Source: Octopus sinensis
Taxonomy: Eukaryota
Reading direction: 5' to 3'
Assembly: GCF_006345805.1 (NCBI RefSeq)
Contig: NC_043013.1
Span: forward strand, 9,920,001-9,984,000
Length of the DNA: 64,000 nt
Below are positions 13,159 through 24,595 of the stretch, piece after piece; position 1 is the first letter of the stretch; the number at the start of each line of letters is the position of its first letter. The notes under the pieces were generated by a model. It was given only the letters and a program-made list of their open reading frames with translations, had not been told where the DNA came from and made no database searches. A program made the translations under genes and the position numbers.

Positions 13159-13703
13159 CTGAAAAATGAATAATGCGAAGAAAAAAAGTTAGGAGATTAG
13201 AATATGTGTGTGTGAGTGTGTGTGTGTTAGAATAAGAAATATAAAGTCCTTAGTACAGTATAATATATTTGAAAAAGTTAACACGAATGGTTTTCTGATA
13301 ATTATTACACTTTAATTATTAGATGCTTAAAAGTTTAAACATCTAAATTATTAAAGTGGAAAAATTATTAGAGAAGCCATTTCTATTAATTTAAAGAAAT
13401 ATATATGTGTGTATATAAATACATGTGTGTATGTGTGTGTGTGTGTGTGTAAATAGTAAAGGTGGATATTTGCAATTTACATCCGAGAGGCAGAAATATA
13501 TGTCACAGAAATATAGATGCCACTGTCATTAAGGGCACTAGTCAACAGCACCAGTATGGCGAGAAATGAGATTTAAAACAATTCATAGCCACAGCACTTA
13601 TCTTATGACCGACAACTGATGAAAGTTTCCTACATCCGGGTCATAGCTAGATCACCAGTGATTCCGCATTTATTAATGTTCGTCAAGACGCTATATATAT
13701 ATT

Positions 13704-14146
13704 ACTCTTTACTCTTTTACTCTTTTACTTGTTTCAGTCATTTGACTGCGGCCATACTGGAGCACCGCCTTTAGTCGAGAAAATCGACCCCGGGACTTAT
13801 TCTTTGTAAGCCCAGTACTTATTCTATCGGTCTCTTTTGCCGAACCACTAAGTGACGGGGACCTAAACACACCAGCATCGGTTGTCAAGCAATGCTAGGG
13901 GGACAAACACACCACACAAACCACACACACACACACCACACACCACACATATTATATATATATATATATATATATACATATATACGACAGGCTTCTTTAA
14001 GTTTCTCCGTCTACCAATTCACTCACAAGGCATTGGTCGGCCCGGGGCTATAGCAGAAGACTCTTGCCCAAGATGCCACGCAGTGGGACTGAACCCGGAA
14101 CCATGTGGTTGGTTAGCAAGCTACTTACCACACAGCCACTCCTGCA
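13704..14146 (-). mobile_element. SINE B, young full-length copy
   Basis: A box TGGCTGTGTGG, B box GGTTCAGTCCC, CTTGGGCAAG core, internal microsatellite, (AAAAGAGT)n tail. Confidence 0.92.
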
Positions 14147-14320
14147 CATATATGTATATATAGTTTCAATATTTCGCTTGATGTAGAACTCAATGTACGT
14201 ATGTTTCAGAAGAAAATAAAATATTTAAGAAATATAGAGCAGTAATAAGAAAAAGAAATGACAAAGGAATAAATGATTATCATTAGAATTTTACTAGCTT
14301 ACTGCTATTCCTGCTATAGT

Positions 14321-14632
14321 GGAGGCACATGGCCTATTGGTTAGAGCAGCGGACTCGCGGTCGAGCGATCGCGCGTTCGAATCTCAGCCCGGGCGATGTG
14401 TGTAAGCTCCACGTGGCTCCGGCAGAAATGTTAGCAGAAATGCTTAGCGGTATTTCGTCTGCGTTACGTTGTGAGTTCAAATTCCGCCGAGGTCGACTTT
14501 GCCTTTCATCCTTTCGGGGTCGATAAATTTAGTACCAGTTACGCACTGGGGTCGATGTAATCGACTTAATACCTATGTATGTCCTTGTTTGTCCCCTCTG
14601 TGTTTAGCCCATTGTGGGTAATAAAGAAATAG
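14321..14632 (+). mobile_element. Chimera: SINE C-like head fused to SINE D body
   Basis: C-type head runs to GGCAG (14421-14425), then D sequence AAATGTTAGCA...AAAGAAATAG. Confidence 0.75.
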
Positions 14633-14636
14633 GTAT

Positions 14637-14996
14637 TGGCACGTATGAATGACGAAGCCACCTTGCGCATAATCCTATGAACCCGGAAAAATTTAAAACA
14701 GAGAGTTACTTACTTGCAAATAAATGTGTTAACATATGACACTATTGACCGAGGTTACTGCGGTCTTTTCCGTAGGCTTTTCTTTCCACGGATAAACCTT
14801 ATCTGTTTTCCCCCTTTACACTTTACATCATGACAATTCTGTGATGCACGATCCCGATTGATCGTTTTCTCTTTTTTTTTTTTACGATACCTTTTGATCG
14901 AAAACCTACCTCCCTTTTTTTTCTCCCTAAAAGAAAAGCCCTACTTTATAATTTGTCCCCTCTGTGTTCAGCCCTGTGTGGCTAATAAAGAAACAT
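14637..14996 (+). mobile_element. L1/Tx1-like LINE 3'UTR fragment
   Basis: Homologous to 15392-15728; ends CTAATAAAGAAACAT followed by (ATCT)n. Confidence 0.75.
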
Positions 14997-15017
14997 ATCT
15001 ATCTATCTGTCTATCTG

Positions 15018-15059
<42 letters not shown>

Positions 15060-15108
15060 CATCTATCCATCTATTTATCTATCTATCTATCTATCTATCC
15101 ATCTATCC

Positions 15109-15163
<55 letters not shown>

Positions 15164-15178
15164 AATCTATCTATCTAT

Positions 15179-15727
15179 CCCCGGGAAGGAAGAGCTATTT
15201 TTATCATACTTGTGGCTATGGCGAAAGAATGTATCTGGTGGACGCGCCTGAAAGGATTAGAGACAAACACTTTCCTCTCTGGTCAATCTCTCATCAACTT
15301 CTTCAAGTATCACTTGAAGAGGAAAGTGAGAGTAGAGAGGCAAGTTTTGTCTAGTGAATGTTTTAAAAAAAGATGGGTGAATGTAGCAAGGATGGCACGT
15401 ATGAATGACGAAGCCACCTTGACTATGATTCTATGAACCGTAAAAATTAATACAGAGAGTTGCTTATTTGCAAAAAAAAAAAAGAAAAAAATAACATGTG
15501 TGACTTCATTGACCGAGGTTGCCGTGGTCTTTTCCGTAGGCTTTTCTTTCCACGGGTAAACCTCACCTGTCCTCCTCTTTACACTTCATATTGACATTTC
15601 TGTGATAACGATCCCCTTTTTTTGTCCTCAGTCTCTCCTTTTTTTTTTGCCCCCCCCTTTTTTAACCCCTCTCTACCTTGTAATTTGTTCTATCTGTGTG
15701 CAGCCCTGTGTGGCTAATAAAGAAACA

Positions 15728-15728
<1 letters not shown>
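15179..15728 (+). mobile_element. L1/Tx1-like LINE: ORF2 C-terminus plus 3'UTR
   Basis: [25 protein letters not shown]...RWVNVARMARMNDEATLTMIL*; its start matches RTGQAVFL at the end of the 9160-10170 fragment; (ATCT)n on both sides. Confidence 0.75.
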
Positions 15729-15774
<46 letters not shown>

Positions 15775-16001
15775 TTAGTTGTCTGTCTATCCAAATATAC
15801 ATACGTACATATTCACGCACACATATGTTGTTATTGTTCTTGTTGTTACCCATGTGTGGACTTGCTCAAGCAGAAGTTTGTTCAGCCATTTCGTTTCCGT
15901 ACGTAGCGTATTTATGATTATATACATTTTCCAATATATCCTTCTGTTTTGAAGATAGTGAGGTGTAATTTGAAGGAATTTCGCTGCTATTCCATCAGCG
16001 C

Positions 16002-16007
16002 CTACTG

Positions 16008-16067
<60 letters not shown>

Positions 16068-16070
16068 CAA

Positions 16071-16116
<46 letters not shown>

Positions 16117-16123
16117 GCCACTT

Positions 16124-16170
<47 letters not shown>

Positions 16171-16177
16171 GCCACTT

Positions 16178-16225
<48 letters not shown>

Positions 16226-16277
16226 AACCACTACTACTACTACTACTACCACCGCCACTTCTACTACCACCACCACC

Positions 16278-16331
<54 letters not shown>

Positions 16332-16374
16332 GCTACTGCTGCTGTCGCCGCCGCCGCCGCTGCTGCTGCTGCTG

Positions 16375-16407
<33 letters not shown>

Positions 16408-16430
16408 ATGCTGCTGCCACTGCTGCTGTT
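16002..16430. repeat. Compound (ACT/ACC/GCT)n trinucleotide tract
   Basis: Direct inspection. Confidence 0.95.
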
Positions 16431-16732
16431 GATATTATTTGTTACTTATTCTATTGTTCCCATTACTGCTAGTGTACCGAACATGTACTACTTACACATG
16501 ATCCTTCATACATATACTCTTCCTTTTCCCCCATTCACTACCTTCTCTACATAACCCTCTTCATTCTTACTTATGTAATACTCCTCCCTTACACCAAGTC
16601 TTGTGCCTTATATTCATTCCTATTTTCCCGCTGTTGCTTGATTATTATTTCCTTCAATGTAGTCACTCACATGCCTCCCCCCCCCCCCTAGAAATAGAAA
16701 GATGGATTTTTCCCTCACAAATAGGACACATT

Positions 16733-17165
16733 GGCGCAGGAGTGGCTGTGTGGTAAATAGCTTGCTAACCAACCACATGGTTCCGGGTTCAGTCCCACTG
16801 CGTGGCATCTTGGGCAAGTGTCTTCTGCTATAGCCCCGGGCCGACCAATACCTTGTGAGTGGATTTGGTAGACGGAAACTGTAAGAAGCCTGTCGTATAT
16901 ATGTATGTATATATATATAGTTATATATATGTATGTGTGTCTGTGTTTGTGTGTCTGTGTTTGTCCCCCTTGCATTGCTTGACAACTGATGCTGGTGTGT
17001 TTACGTCCCCGTTACTTAGCGGTTCGGCCAAAGAGACCGATAGAATAAGTACTGGGCTTACAAAGAATAAGTCCCGGGGTCGATTTGCTCGACTAAAGGC
17101 GGTGCTCCAGCATGGCCGCAATCAAATGACTGAAACAAGTAAAAGAGTAAAAGAGAGTAAAGAGT
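16733..17165 (+). mobile_element. SINE B, young full-length copy
   Basis: Near-identical to the other young B copies. Confidence 0.92.
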
Positions 17166-17406
17166 ATTGCATATTTGCATAATAAAGTCCTAGACAGTCT
17201 TTGGTGGATTAATCACAGCTGGCAGGTCAGGATCGTACATCTTCATGGTGAAATGACCCATGGTTAAACAACACTTAGTAGTAGCAGCAACAGCAGCCTA
17301 CATCAACGTTTAGAGCATCTGCAGTTGGGGTAATACAGGTGTGACTAATGATGTTAGAGTTTGAATATGTTTCTCATAGATACTAATAATAATAATAATA
17401 ATAATA

Positions 17407-17806
17407 TTAACCAGTTGAGCATGTCCTTTAGTGGCTGACGATATGTGCATCTCTGACCACGAGCAGAAGTTGTGGGGGAGCATCATAGCCATGTGTTGAG
17501 AGGGATTCTTTGGGGTTTGAATAATTCACCTCTGGAAACATGGTGGTTCTTTCAACATCCTTAAACAACCCTTATTCAGGGACCGTTTTGAGCGGGATGG
17601 GCTACTCAACCTGAAGAAATTCTAACTGGGCCTCACCTGCAAGGTCATGTGCTGTTTTCTTGATATGAGATCACCATGTTGCGCACATATGGTTGTGATG
17701 CATGTGCATGGTGTACCCTTATCAGACGGGTAGTCATGATGGGTATATTGGGCTTCGTATATTTTACCCCAGTGTCACTTTGATGGCATGCACTGCTCTC
17801 TCACTC

Positions 17807-17838
<32 letters not shown>
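17407..17838 (+). mobile_element. Family A retroposon 3' end, 5'-truncated, (AAT)n on both sides
   Basis: (AAT)n at about 17385-17405 and 17807-17838. Confidence 0.8.
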
Positions 17839-17839
<1 letters not shown>

Positions 17840-17867
17840 TATTATTGTTATTATTATTATTATTATT

Positions 17868-18085
17868 AAGACTGGCGAGCTGGCGGAATCGTTAATGCGC
17901 TGGACGAAACGCCTAGGGGTGTTTCGTTTGTCTACACGTTCTGAGTTCAAATGGCAACGAGGTCGACTTTGCCTCTCATCCTTTCGGGGTCGATAAACTA
18001 GGTACCAATTACGCAGTTGGGTCGATGTAATCGACTCATCCCCTCCCCACCAAAATTTCAGGCATTGTGCCTATAGTAGAAAAGA
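17868..18085 (+). mobile_element. SINE D, alternative-tail subfamily (D')
   Basis: GGCGAGCTGGCGGAA head, GAGTTCAAA B box, GAGGTCGACTTTGCC core, CCCC..AAAATTTCAGGC tail. Confidence 0.8.
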
Positions 18086-18111
18086 TTATTATTAGTAGTA
18101 GTATTAGTGGT

Positions 18112-18486
18112 AGGAGGCGCAATGGCCCAGTGGTTAGAGCAGCGGACTCGCGGTCGTACGATCGCGGTTTCGATTCCCAGACCGGGCGTTGTGAGTGTTT
18201 ATTGAGCGAAAACACCTAAAAGCTCCACGAAGCTCCGGCAGGGATGGTGGTGATCCCTGCTGTACTCTTTCACCACAACTTTCTCTCACTCTTACTTCCT
18301 GTTGTACCTGTATTTCAAAGGGCCGGCCTTGTCGCTCTCTGTGTCACACTGAATATCCCCGAGAACTACGTTAAGGGTACACGTGTCTGTGGAGTGCTCA
18401 GCCACTTACACGTTAATTTCACGAGCAGGCTGTTTCGTTGATCGGATCAACCGGAACCCTCGTCGTCGTAATCGACGGAGTGCTTC
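18112..18486 (+). mobile_element. SINE C with 12-bp target-site duplication
   Basis: AGTATTAGTGGT at 18100-18111 and 18493-18504. Confidence 0.9.
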
Positions 18487-18949
18487 GAAAAAAGTATTAG
18501 TGGTGGTGGTGTTGGTGTTGGTAATAGTAGTAGTAGTATAGCAACAGCCTCAGCAACAACAACAACAGCAGAGAAAGTAGCCAGTTAAAGATTAGGAGGC
18601 CGTTGAGTGATGGCAACATAATTGTCGGAATTATATAACTGTCAGAAGCTAAATAAAAATTGTCTAGCGGGGTATATTAATCTGTACACATAATGATCAT
18701 TAAGCGTACAGGGAATAATTTTCACATTATAATTTGGCAGAATTGCAAGATACAAAAGAAAAAAAAATACTTGCCGAGTTACCTCCTCATTATTACAATC
18801 GAAATTCTTTGAAACAGTCATGTAACAAAGCTGTCTCCAGACATTTTTTGCACTACGGGCCAGTTTCCTTGCAAGGCAATTCTTCCACTGGCTGGATGAT
18901 CACGCGTATTACAAAAGATGATAAAGTGTAGAATATATAAATTAACTAT

Positions 18950-19370
18950 TACTCTTTACTCTCTACTCTTTTACTTGATTCAGTCATTTGACTGCGGCCA
19001 TGCTGGAGCACCACCTTTAGTCGAGCACATCGACCCCAGGACGTTATTCTTTGTAAGCCTAGTACTTAATCTATCGATCTCTTTTGCCGAACCGCTAAGT
19101 TATTGGGACGTAAACACACCAGTATCGGTTGTCAAGCGACGTTGGGATGGGGGACAAACACAGACACATAAACATATACACACATACATATATATATACA
19201 TATATGCGACGGGCTTCTTTCAGTTTCCGTCTACAAAATCCACTCACACGGCTTTGGTTGGCCCGAGGCTATAGTAGAAGAGACTTGCCCAAGGTGCCAC
19301 GCAGTGGGACGGAATCCGGAACCATGTGGTTGGTAAGCAAGCAACTTACCACACAGCCACTCCTGCGCCT
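18950..19370 (-). mobile_element. SINE B, full length
   Basis: Reverse-complement match to SINE B. Confidence 0.9.
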
Positions 19371-19407
19371 ATTACATATATAATGCCTATACAATGGATA
19401 TTTGATA

Positions 19408-19620
19408 TATCTGAAATGTGCTGAAGAGTTCCTGGCTTTGGGTAAAAGAAATTACAGGAGGATCAGTTAATTATGATTCTATTCAGCATATTCCCTTCTC
19501 AGATTTATACACTTATTGCAGTGGTCCTTCAGTGCTTCTAAGCCCTGCAAAAGAACTCGAAATGTTGAGCTTTCAACCAGGCCTTTCTCGATATCCTTAA
19601 AGCCAGAGTATCGAGGGACT
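19408..19620 (-). mobile_element. Mariner transposase C-terminus and 3' TIR remnant
   Basis: Minus frame VLLQGLEALKDHCNKCINLRREYAE*; TIR-like GTGCTGAAGAGTTCCTGGC. Confidence 0.75.
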
Positions 19621-19757
19621 GTGAGTTAAAATTGCAATAGTTACATCGCAGAAGAGCCATTCTTATCATTTAAGACCAAAGTTGTAAAATTCTGTTTAAA
19701 AAATATGTCTGTGACCATGTTGCAGTTGTTAGAAGACATTATATGAAATAATTCAGG

Positions 19758-20202
19758 AAGGCGGCGAGCTAGCAGAAATGTTAGCACACCGGGCGAAATG
19801 CTTAGCGGTATTTCGTCTGCCGTTACGTTCTGAGTTCAAATTCTGCCGAGGTCGACTTTGCCTTTCATGCATTCGGGGTCGATTAAATAAGTACCAGTTA
19901 CGCACTGGGGTCGATATAATCGATTCAATCCGTTTGTCTGTCCTTGTTTGTCCCCTCTGTGTTTAGCCCCTTGTGGGTAGTAAAGAAATAGGTATTTCGT
20001 TTGCCGTAACGCTCTGAGTTCAAATTCCGCCGAGGTCGACTTTGCCTTTCATCCTATCGGGGTCGATTAAATAAGTACCAGTTACGAACTGGGATCGATA
20101 TAATCGACTTTATCCGTTTGTCTGTCCTTGTTTGTCCTGTCTGTGTTTTGCCCCTTGTGGGTAGTAAAGAAATAGGTATTTCGTCTGCCACTACGCTCTG
20201 AG
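19758..20202 (+). mobile_element. SINE D head-to-tail array (2 units plus a 27-nt third start)
   Basis: GTATTTCG unit starts at 19808, 19992 and 20176 (period 184). Confidence 0.9.
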
Positions 20203-20206
20203 GTAT

Positions 20207-20345
20207 TACGAACTACATGGTTCCGAGTTCAGTCCCACTGCATGGCACTTTGGGCAAGTGTCTTCTACTATAGCCTCGGGTCGGCCAAAGCCTTGTGAGT
20301 GGATTTGGTAGACGGAAACTGAAAGAAGCCCGTCGTATGTATATG

Positions 20346-20378
<33 letters not shown>

Positions 20379-20590
20379 ATGTTTGTCCCCCGCAACATCG
20401 CTTGACAACCGATACTGGTGTGTTTACGTCCCCGTAACTTAGCAGTTCGGCAAAAGATACCGCTAGCATAAGTACTAGCTTTACAAAGAATAACGTCCTG
20501 GGGTCGATGTACTCGACTAAAAGGCGGTGCTCCAGCATGGCCACAGTCAAATGACTGAAACAAATAAAAGAGTAAAAGAGAGAGAGTAAA
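20207..20590 (+). mobile_element. SINE B, 5'-truncated
   Basis: Match from ACATGGTTCCG to the AAAAGAG tail. Confidence 0.85.
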
Positions 20591-21049
20591 GAATATACAG
20601 ACACTCATAATACTGACACATGGTGAGGAAAAGAGACAGACAGAAAGCAAGAACTATTGTGTTAATATAATATTTCTATATATACTGAGATGAAACAATG
20701 TCCTGTATTTTCCACCATATTTAACATTAATACGGTAACTTTACCGTAACAATTATATTAATAATAAACCACTAATAAATTAGTGGTGATTCTGAATTTG
20801 ACGTCGACGATGTCAGTGATTGTAATGATAATGATAATGATGATAGTGGCTGGGTGGGTGGTGGGAGATGTTGCGGAGAGGTTGTGACAGTTAACAATAA
20901 CCATAATGATAATATAACATAATGAAAATAACCACTAAGGCGTTTTATTACTTGGAAAAATCAATGGTGCATTTTTGATGTTTCACCTCACTGTATTTCA
21001 GTGCAAAGCTTGCTGCGTCCGTTGCTGTTGAGGATGCCATCTCTTTTTT

Positions 21050-21405
21050 GTATGTCCTCTCTCTCTGTCTCTCTCTCTGTCTCTCTCTCCCTCTGTCTCT
21101 CTCTCTCTTTCTCTCTGTCTCTCTGTCTGTCTGTCTGTCTCTCTCTATTTCTCTCCCCCTCTCTCTCTCTCTCCCTCTCTCTCCCTTTCTCTCTCTCTTT
21201 CTCTCTCTCTCTTTCTCTCTCACACTTTCTCTCTCTCTCTTTCTCTCTCACACTTTCTCTCTCTCTCTTTCTCTCCCCCCTCTCTCTTTCACTCTATCTC
21301 CCTCTCTCTATCTCTCTCTCTCCCTCTCTCTGTTTCTCTCCCTCTTTCTCTTTCTCTCTCTCTCCCTCTCTCTTTTTCTCTCTCCCTCCCCCTCTCTCTC
21401 TTCAC

Positions 21406-21440
<35 letters not shown>
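21050..21440. repeat. Degenerate (CT)n polypyrimidine tract of about 390 bp
   Basis: Direct inspection. Confidence 0.95.
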
Positions 21441-21716
21441 GTTTTTGTTTTCGTCTTATTCGGTTAATTATGGCTTCTAACACTGCAGAGGGTGTCCACC
21501 AGATCGTGTGTTTTACATGAAAAGTCAAATGGAACTTTAGAAAGTCTAAGTGTGAGTCTCTGAATGTATTGTTTAGTCTCTGTTCGATTGCATACGAATG
21601 CATGTGTGTGTGGTGGAGTGCACAGTTCTGTTGATTAATGCACCGAAATTAATGCACCCTGAGGTTCATTTCAACAACTGATGAAAGAATATGGTTGTGA
21701 CATTGTTATTTTCACT

Positions 21717-21907
21717 TTACTCTCTCTTTTACTATTTTACTTGTTTCAGTCATGTGACTGTGGCCATGCTGGAGCACCGCCTTTAGTCGAACAAATCGAC
21801 CCTAGGACTTATTCTTTGTAAGCCTAGTACTATCGGTGTCTTTTGCCGAACTGCTAAGTTACGGGGACGTAAACACAAGCATTGGTTGTCAAGCGATGTT
21901 GGGGGTA

Positions 21908-21959
<52 letters not shown>

Positions 21960-22127
21960 CATACATATATACGACGGGCTTCTTTCTGTTTCCGTCTGCC
22001 AAATCCACTCACAAGGCTTTGGTCGGTCCGAGGCTATAGTAGAAGAATCCTGCCCAAGGTTCAACGCAGTGGGACTGAACCCAGAACCATGTGGGTGGCC
22101 AGCAAGCTACTTACCACACAGCCACTC
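21717..22127 (-). mobile_element. SINE B, full length
   Basis: Reverse-complement match to SINE B. Confidence 0.9.
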
Positions 22128-23088
22128 TTTTTTTTTTCTTCCTCTTGTCTAGCGTGCTTAACTTTTCTTCTATTTGAAGTAACACCATTCAACGAAAATC
22201 TTATTACACATTTACAGTAATTTTCAGCAATTACCTTTTGTACTCTTTTCGCCCTCTCGCTCCTACCTATTCTCTCATTCCTCACCTCTTTTTGACTTCA
22301 GCTTCCCCACAATGTCTATAAGTCTTCCATTGATTCTAATTTCACAACTGAACCTACTTTATTCATTTTAATTTTTGTAATGCCTCTGTTCATTTTCTTC
22401 TCTGCTCTGACTCTCTGATTTTCTAACAACTAAACTCTAACAACCTATTTATCCTCTCTTTCTCTTCGTACAATATTACTGTTAATTTTATTTCTCTTGT
22501 AGGAACACCCCACTTTTTAAAATCCTTCCTAGCGTCGTTCTCTATTTTGTTTGTCTTAGCCTTACAGACTACTTCGCTAAATTTTGAATAACTGTTGCCA
22601 TCCTGTCTTGGAACCTTAGCTCAGGCGTATCGAGGCGATCGCTCAGTTCTGTTGATTAACTTTTAAACAGAAAATACCATCAATTGGTTTTTTAAAACTA
22701 TTATATGCAGAAGGCTATCATGAAAGGAAAGTGAATATGTTTACGGCATATCCCGACAACAGTTTTTGTACTTATTTGAAGTGGAAATGTTTTGTTTGAA
22801 TGGCATACAAATTCATGCAAACCTTTTCCGCTCTTTAAGGGTTACTGCCCCCAAATTGCTTTAACTATTGGAAACAAACAATGAAAGAATGGAGACGTCG
22901 TTTGTTTCATGTCCTACATGTTTCACTTGTGTTTTTTTATTAATTTCTCTTCTTTAAGCATATATGTGTGTATGTGTGTGTGTATGTATGTATATATATA
23001 TGTATGTGTGTGTGTAAGAGAAAGAGAGAGAGAATGTGCTTATGTAAGTCTGTGAGCGCGTGCACATGATAAACGTATCAATGCATGC

Positions 23089-23120
<32 letters not shown>

Positions 23121-23199
23121 GGGTCACGATGTACACTACTATAACAACCGTTGTGTGTTTATGACGTCTAGCATGTATGTGTGTGTATGTGTTTGTGTA

Positions 23200-23278
23200 T
23201 AGGGTGCGGTGAATGAATTATCGTCTATATTACACGAAAATGAAAATAACACTGACACCTCATTGTAACAGAAATATA
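23200..23278 (-). mobile_element. Isolated terminus of the maT-like element at 28967-29801
   Basis: AGGGTGCGGTGAATGAATTATCGTCT matches 28968 onward. Confidence 0.75.
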
Positions 23279-23410
23279 TATATGTATATATATATATTGA
23301 TAGAAATGGTAATACAACAAAAGAAAGAGACCTCGATATTATGTAAATAGAGGAATTTATCTGTAAATGTATTTTATCATGGCTACAGAATAATTGTTAC
23401 ATATTACATT

Positions 23411-23479
<69 letters not shown>

Positions 23480-23549
23480 GTGTGTGTGTGTGTGCGCGTG
23501 TGTGTGTGTTTATATATATATATATATGTTTATATATATATATATATAT

Positions 23550-23592
<43 letters not shown>

Positions 23593-24190
23593 TACGACGG
23601 GCTTCCTTCAGTTTCCATCTACCAATCCACTCACAAGGCTTTGGTCGGCCCGAGGTTATAGTAGAAGATACTTGCCCAAGGTGCAACGCAGTGGGATTGA
23701 ACCCTGAAACCATGTGTATTTTGTCCTCCTAAGTAACAAAACAAAAATTTTCACTTTTCGGTTAAAACAAATTTGGACCACAAACGCCGACGAAAAAGTT
23801 TCGCAGTGACGGCGCGAACTCTAATTTGGCAAATGAATTTACACACGATAAGGTTTGTGTCTCCTTAGTCATGTTTTACTTATTTTATTTTTTTCTAAAT
23901 TTCATCTAGTTTCAGCTCACGTACTTATACACACACGCGCGTGTTTATTTTTTCAATCTATTTCTTGTCATTTTTTTTTTCTTTTTTTGTGCCTGTTTCT
24001 GCATCAAATCTCTTCGCGATCCGTTCATCAATTGACAAGGATATGTGATTGGCAGCATCGTTAGAGCGTCGAAAAAAACAAAACAAAAAAAAAAAAAAAC
24101 GTCTTTGCCATGTTTGTTTCGTTTGTTCTCTTCGTAAGTTCAAATCACTCTGAGGTCTCGCTCATCCTCTCACTCATACTCTCACTCACT

Positions 24191-24595
24191 GAAACGTTAG
24201 CACGCCGGGCGAAATGCGTAGCCGTATTTCGTCTGCTGCTACGTTCTGAGTTCAAACTCCGCCGAGGTCGACTTTGCCTTTCATCCTTTCGGGGTCCATT
24301 AAATAAGTACCAGTTATGCACTGGAGTCGATATAATCGACTTAATCCGTTTGTCTGTCCTTGTTTGTCCTCTCTATGTTTAGCCCCTTGGGGTAGTAAAA
24401 ACATAAGTATTTCGTCTGTCTTTACGTTCTGAATGCAAATTCCGCCGAGGTCAACTTTGCCTTTCATCCTTTCAAGGTCGATAAATTAAGTACCAGTAAC
24501 GCACTGGAGTCGATATAATCAACAAAATCCAGTTGTCTGTCCTTGTTTGTCCTCTCTATGTTTAGCCCCTTGTGGGTAGTAAAGAAATAGGTATT
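24191..24595 (+). mobile_element. SINE D head-to-tail array (2 units)
   Basis: GTATT at 24224, 24407 and 24591. Confidence 0.9.

Noticed and set aside
15949-16554. 201-aa Thr/Leu-rich ORF (and Val/Thr-rich ORFs at 52495-53851)
   Set aside because: Trinucleotide tracts lacking stops in several frames at once; no splice or domain evidence.
16620-17182. Recurrent ORFs such as MSSNARGTNTDTQ, MLGGQTQTHKH and MFQSFDCGHAGAPP
   Set aside because: They are translations of SINE B on either strand, recurring only because the copies are young; frames break at the internal microsatellite.
19808-20202. Regularly spaced repeats suggesting a CRISPR-like array
   Set aside because: The units are whole SINE bodies without unique spacers, in a eukaryotic context with no cas genes.
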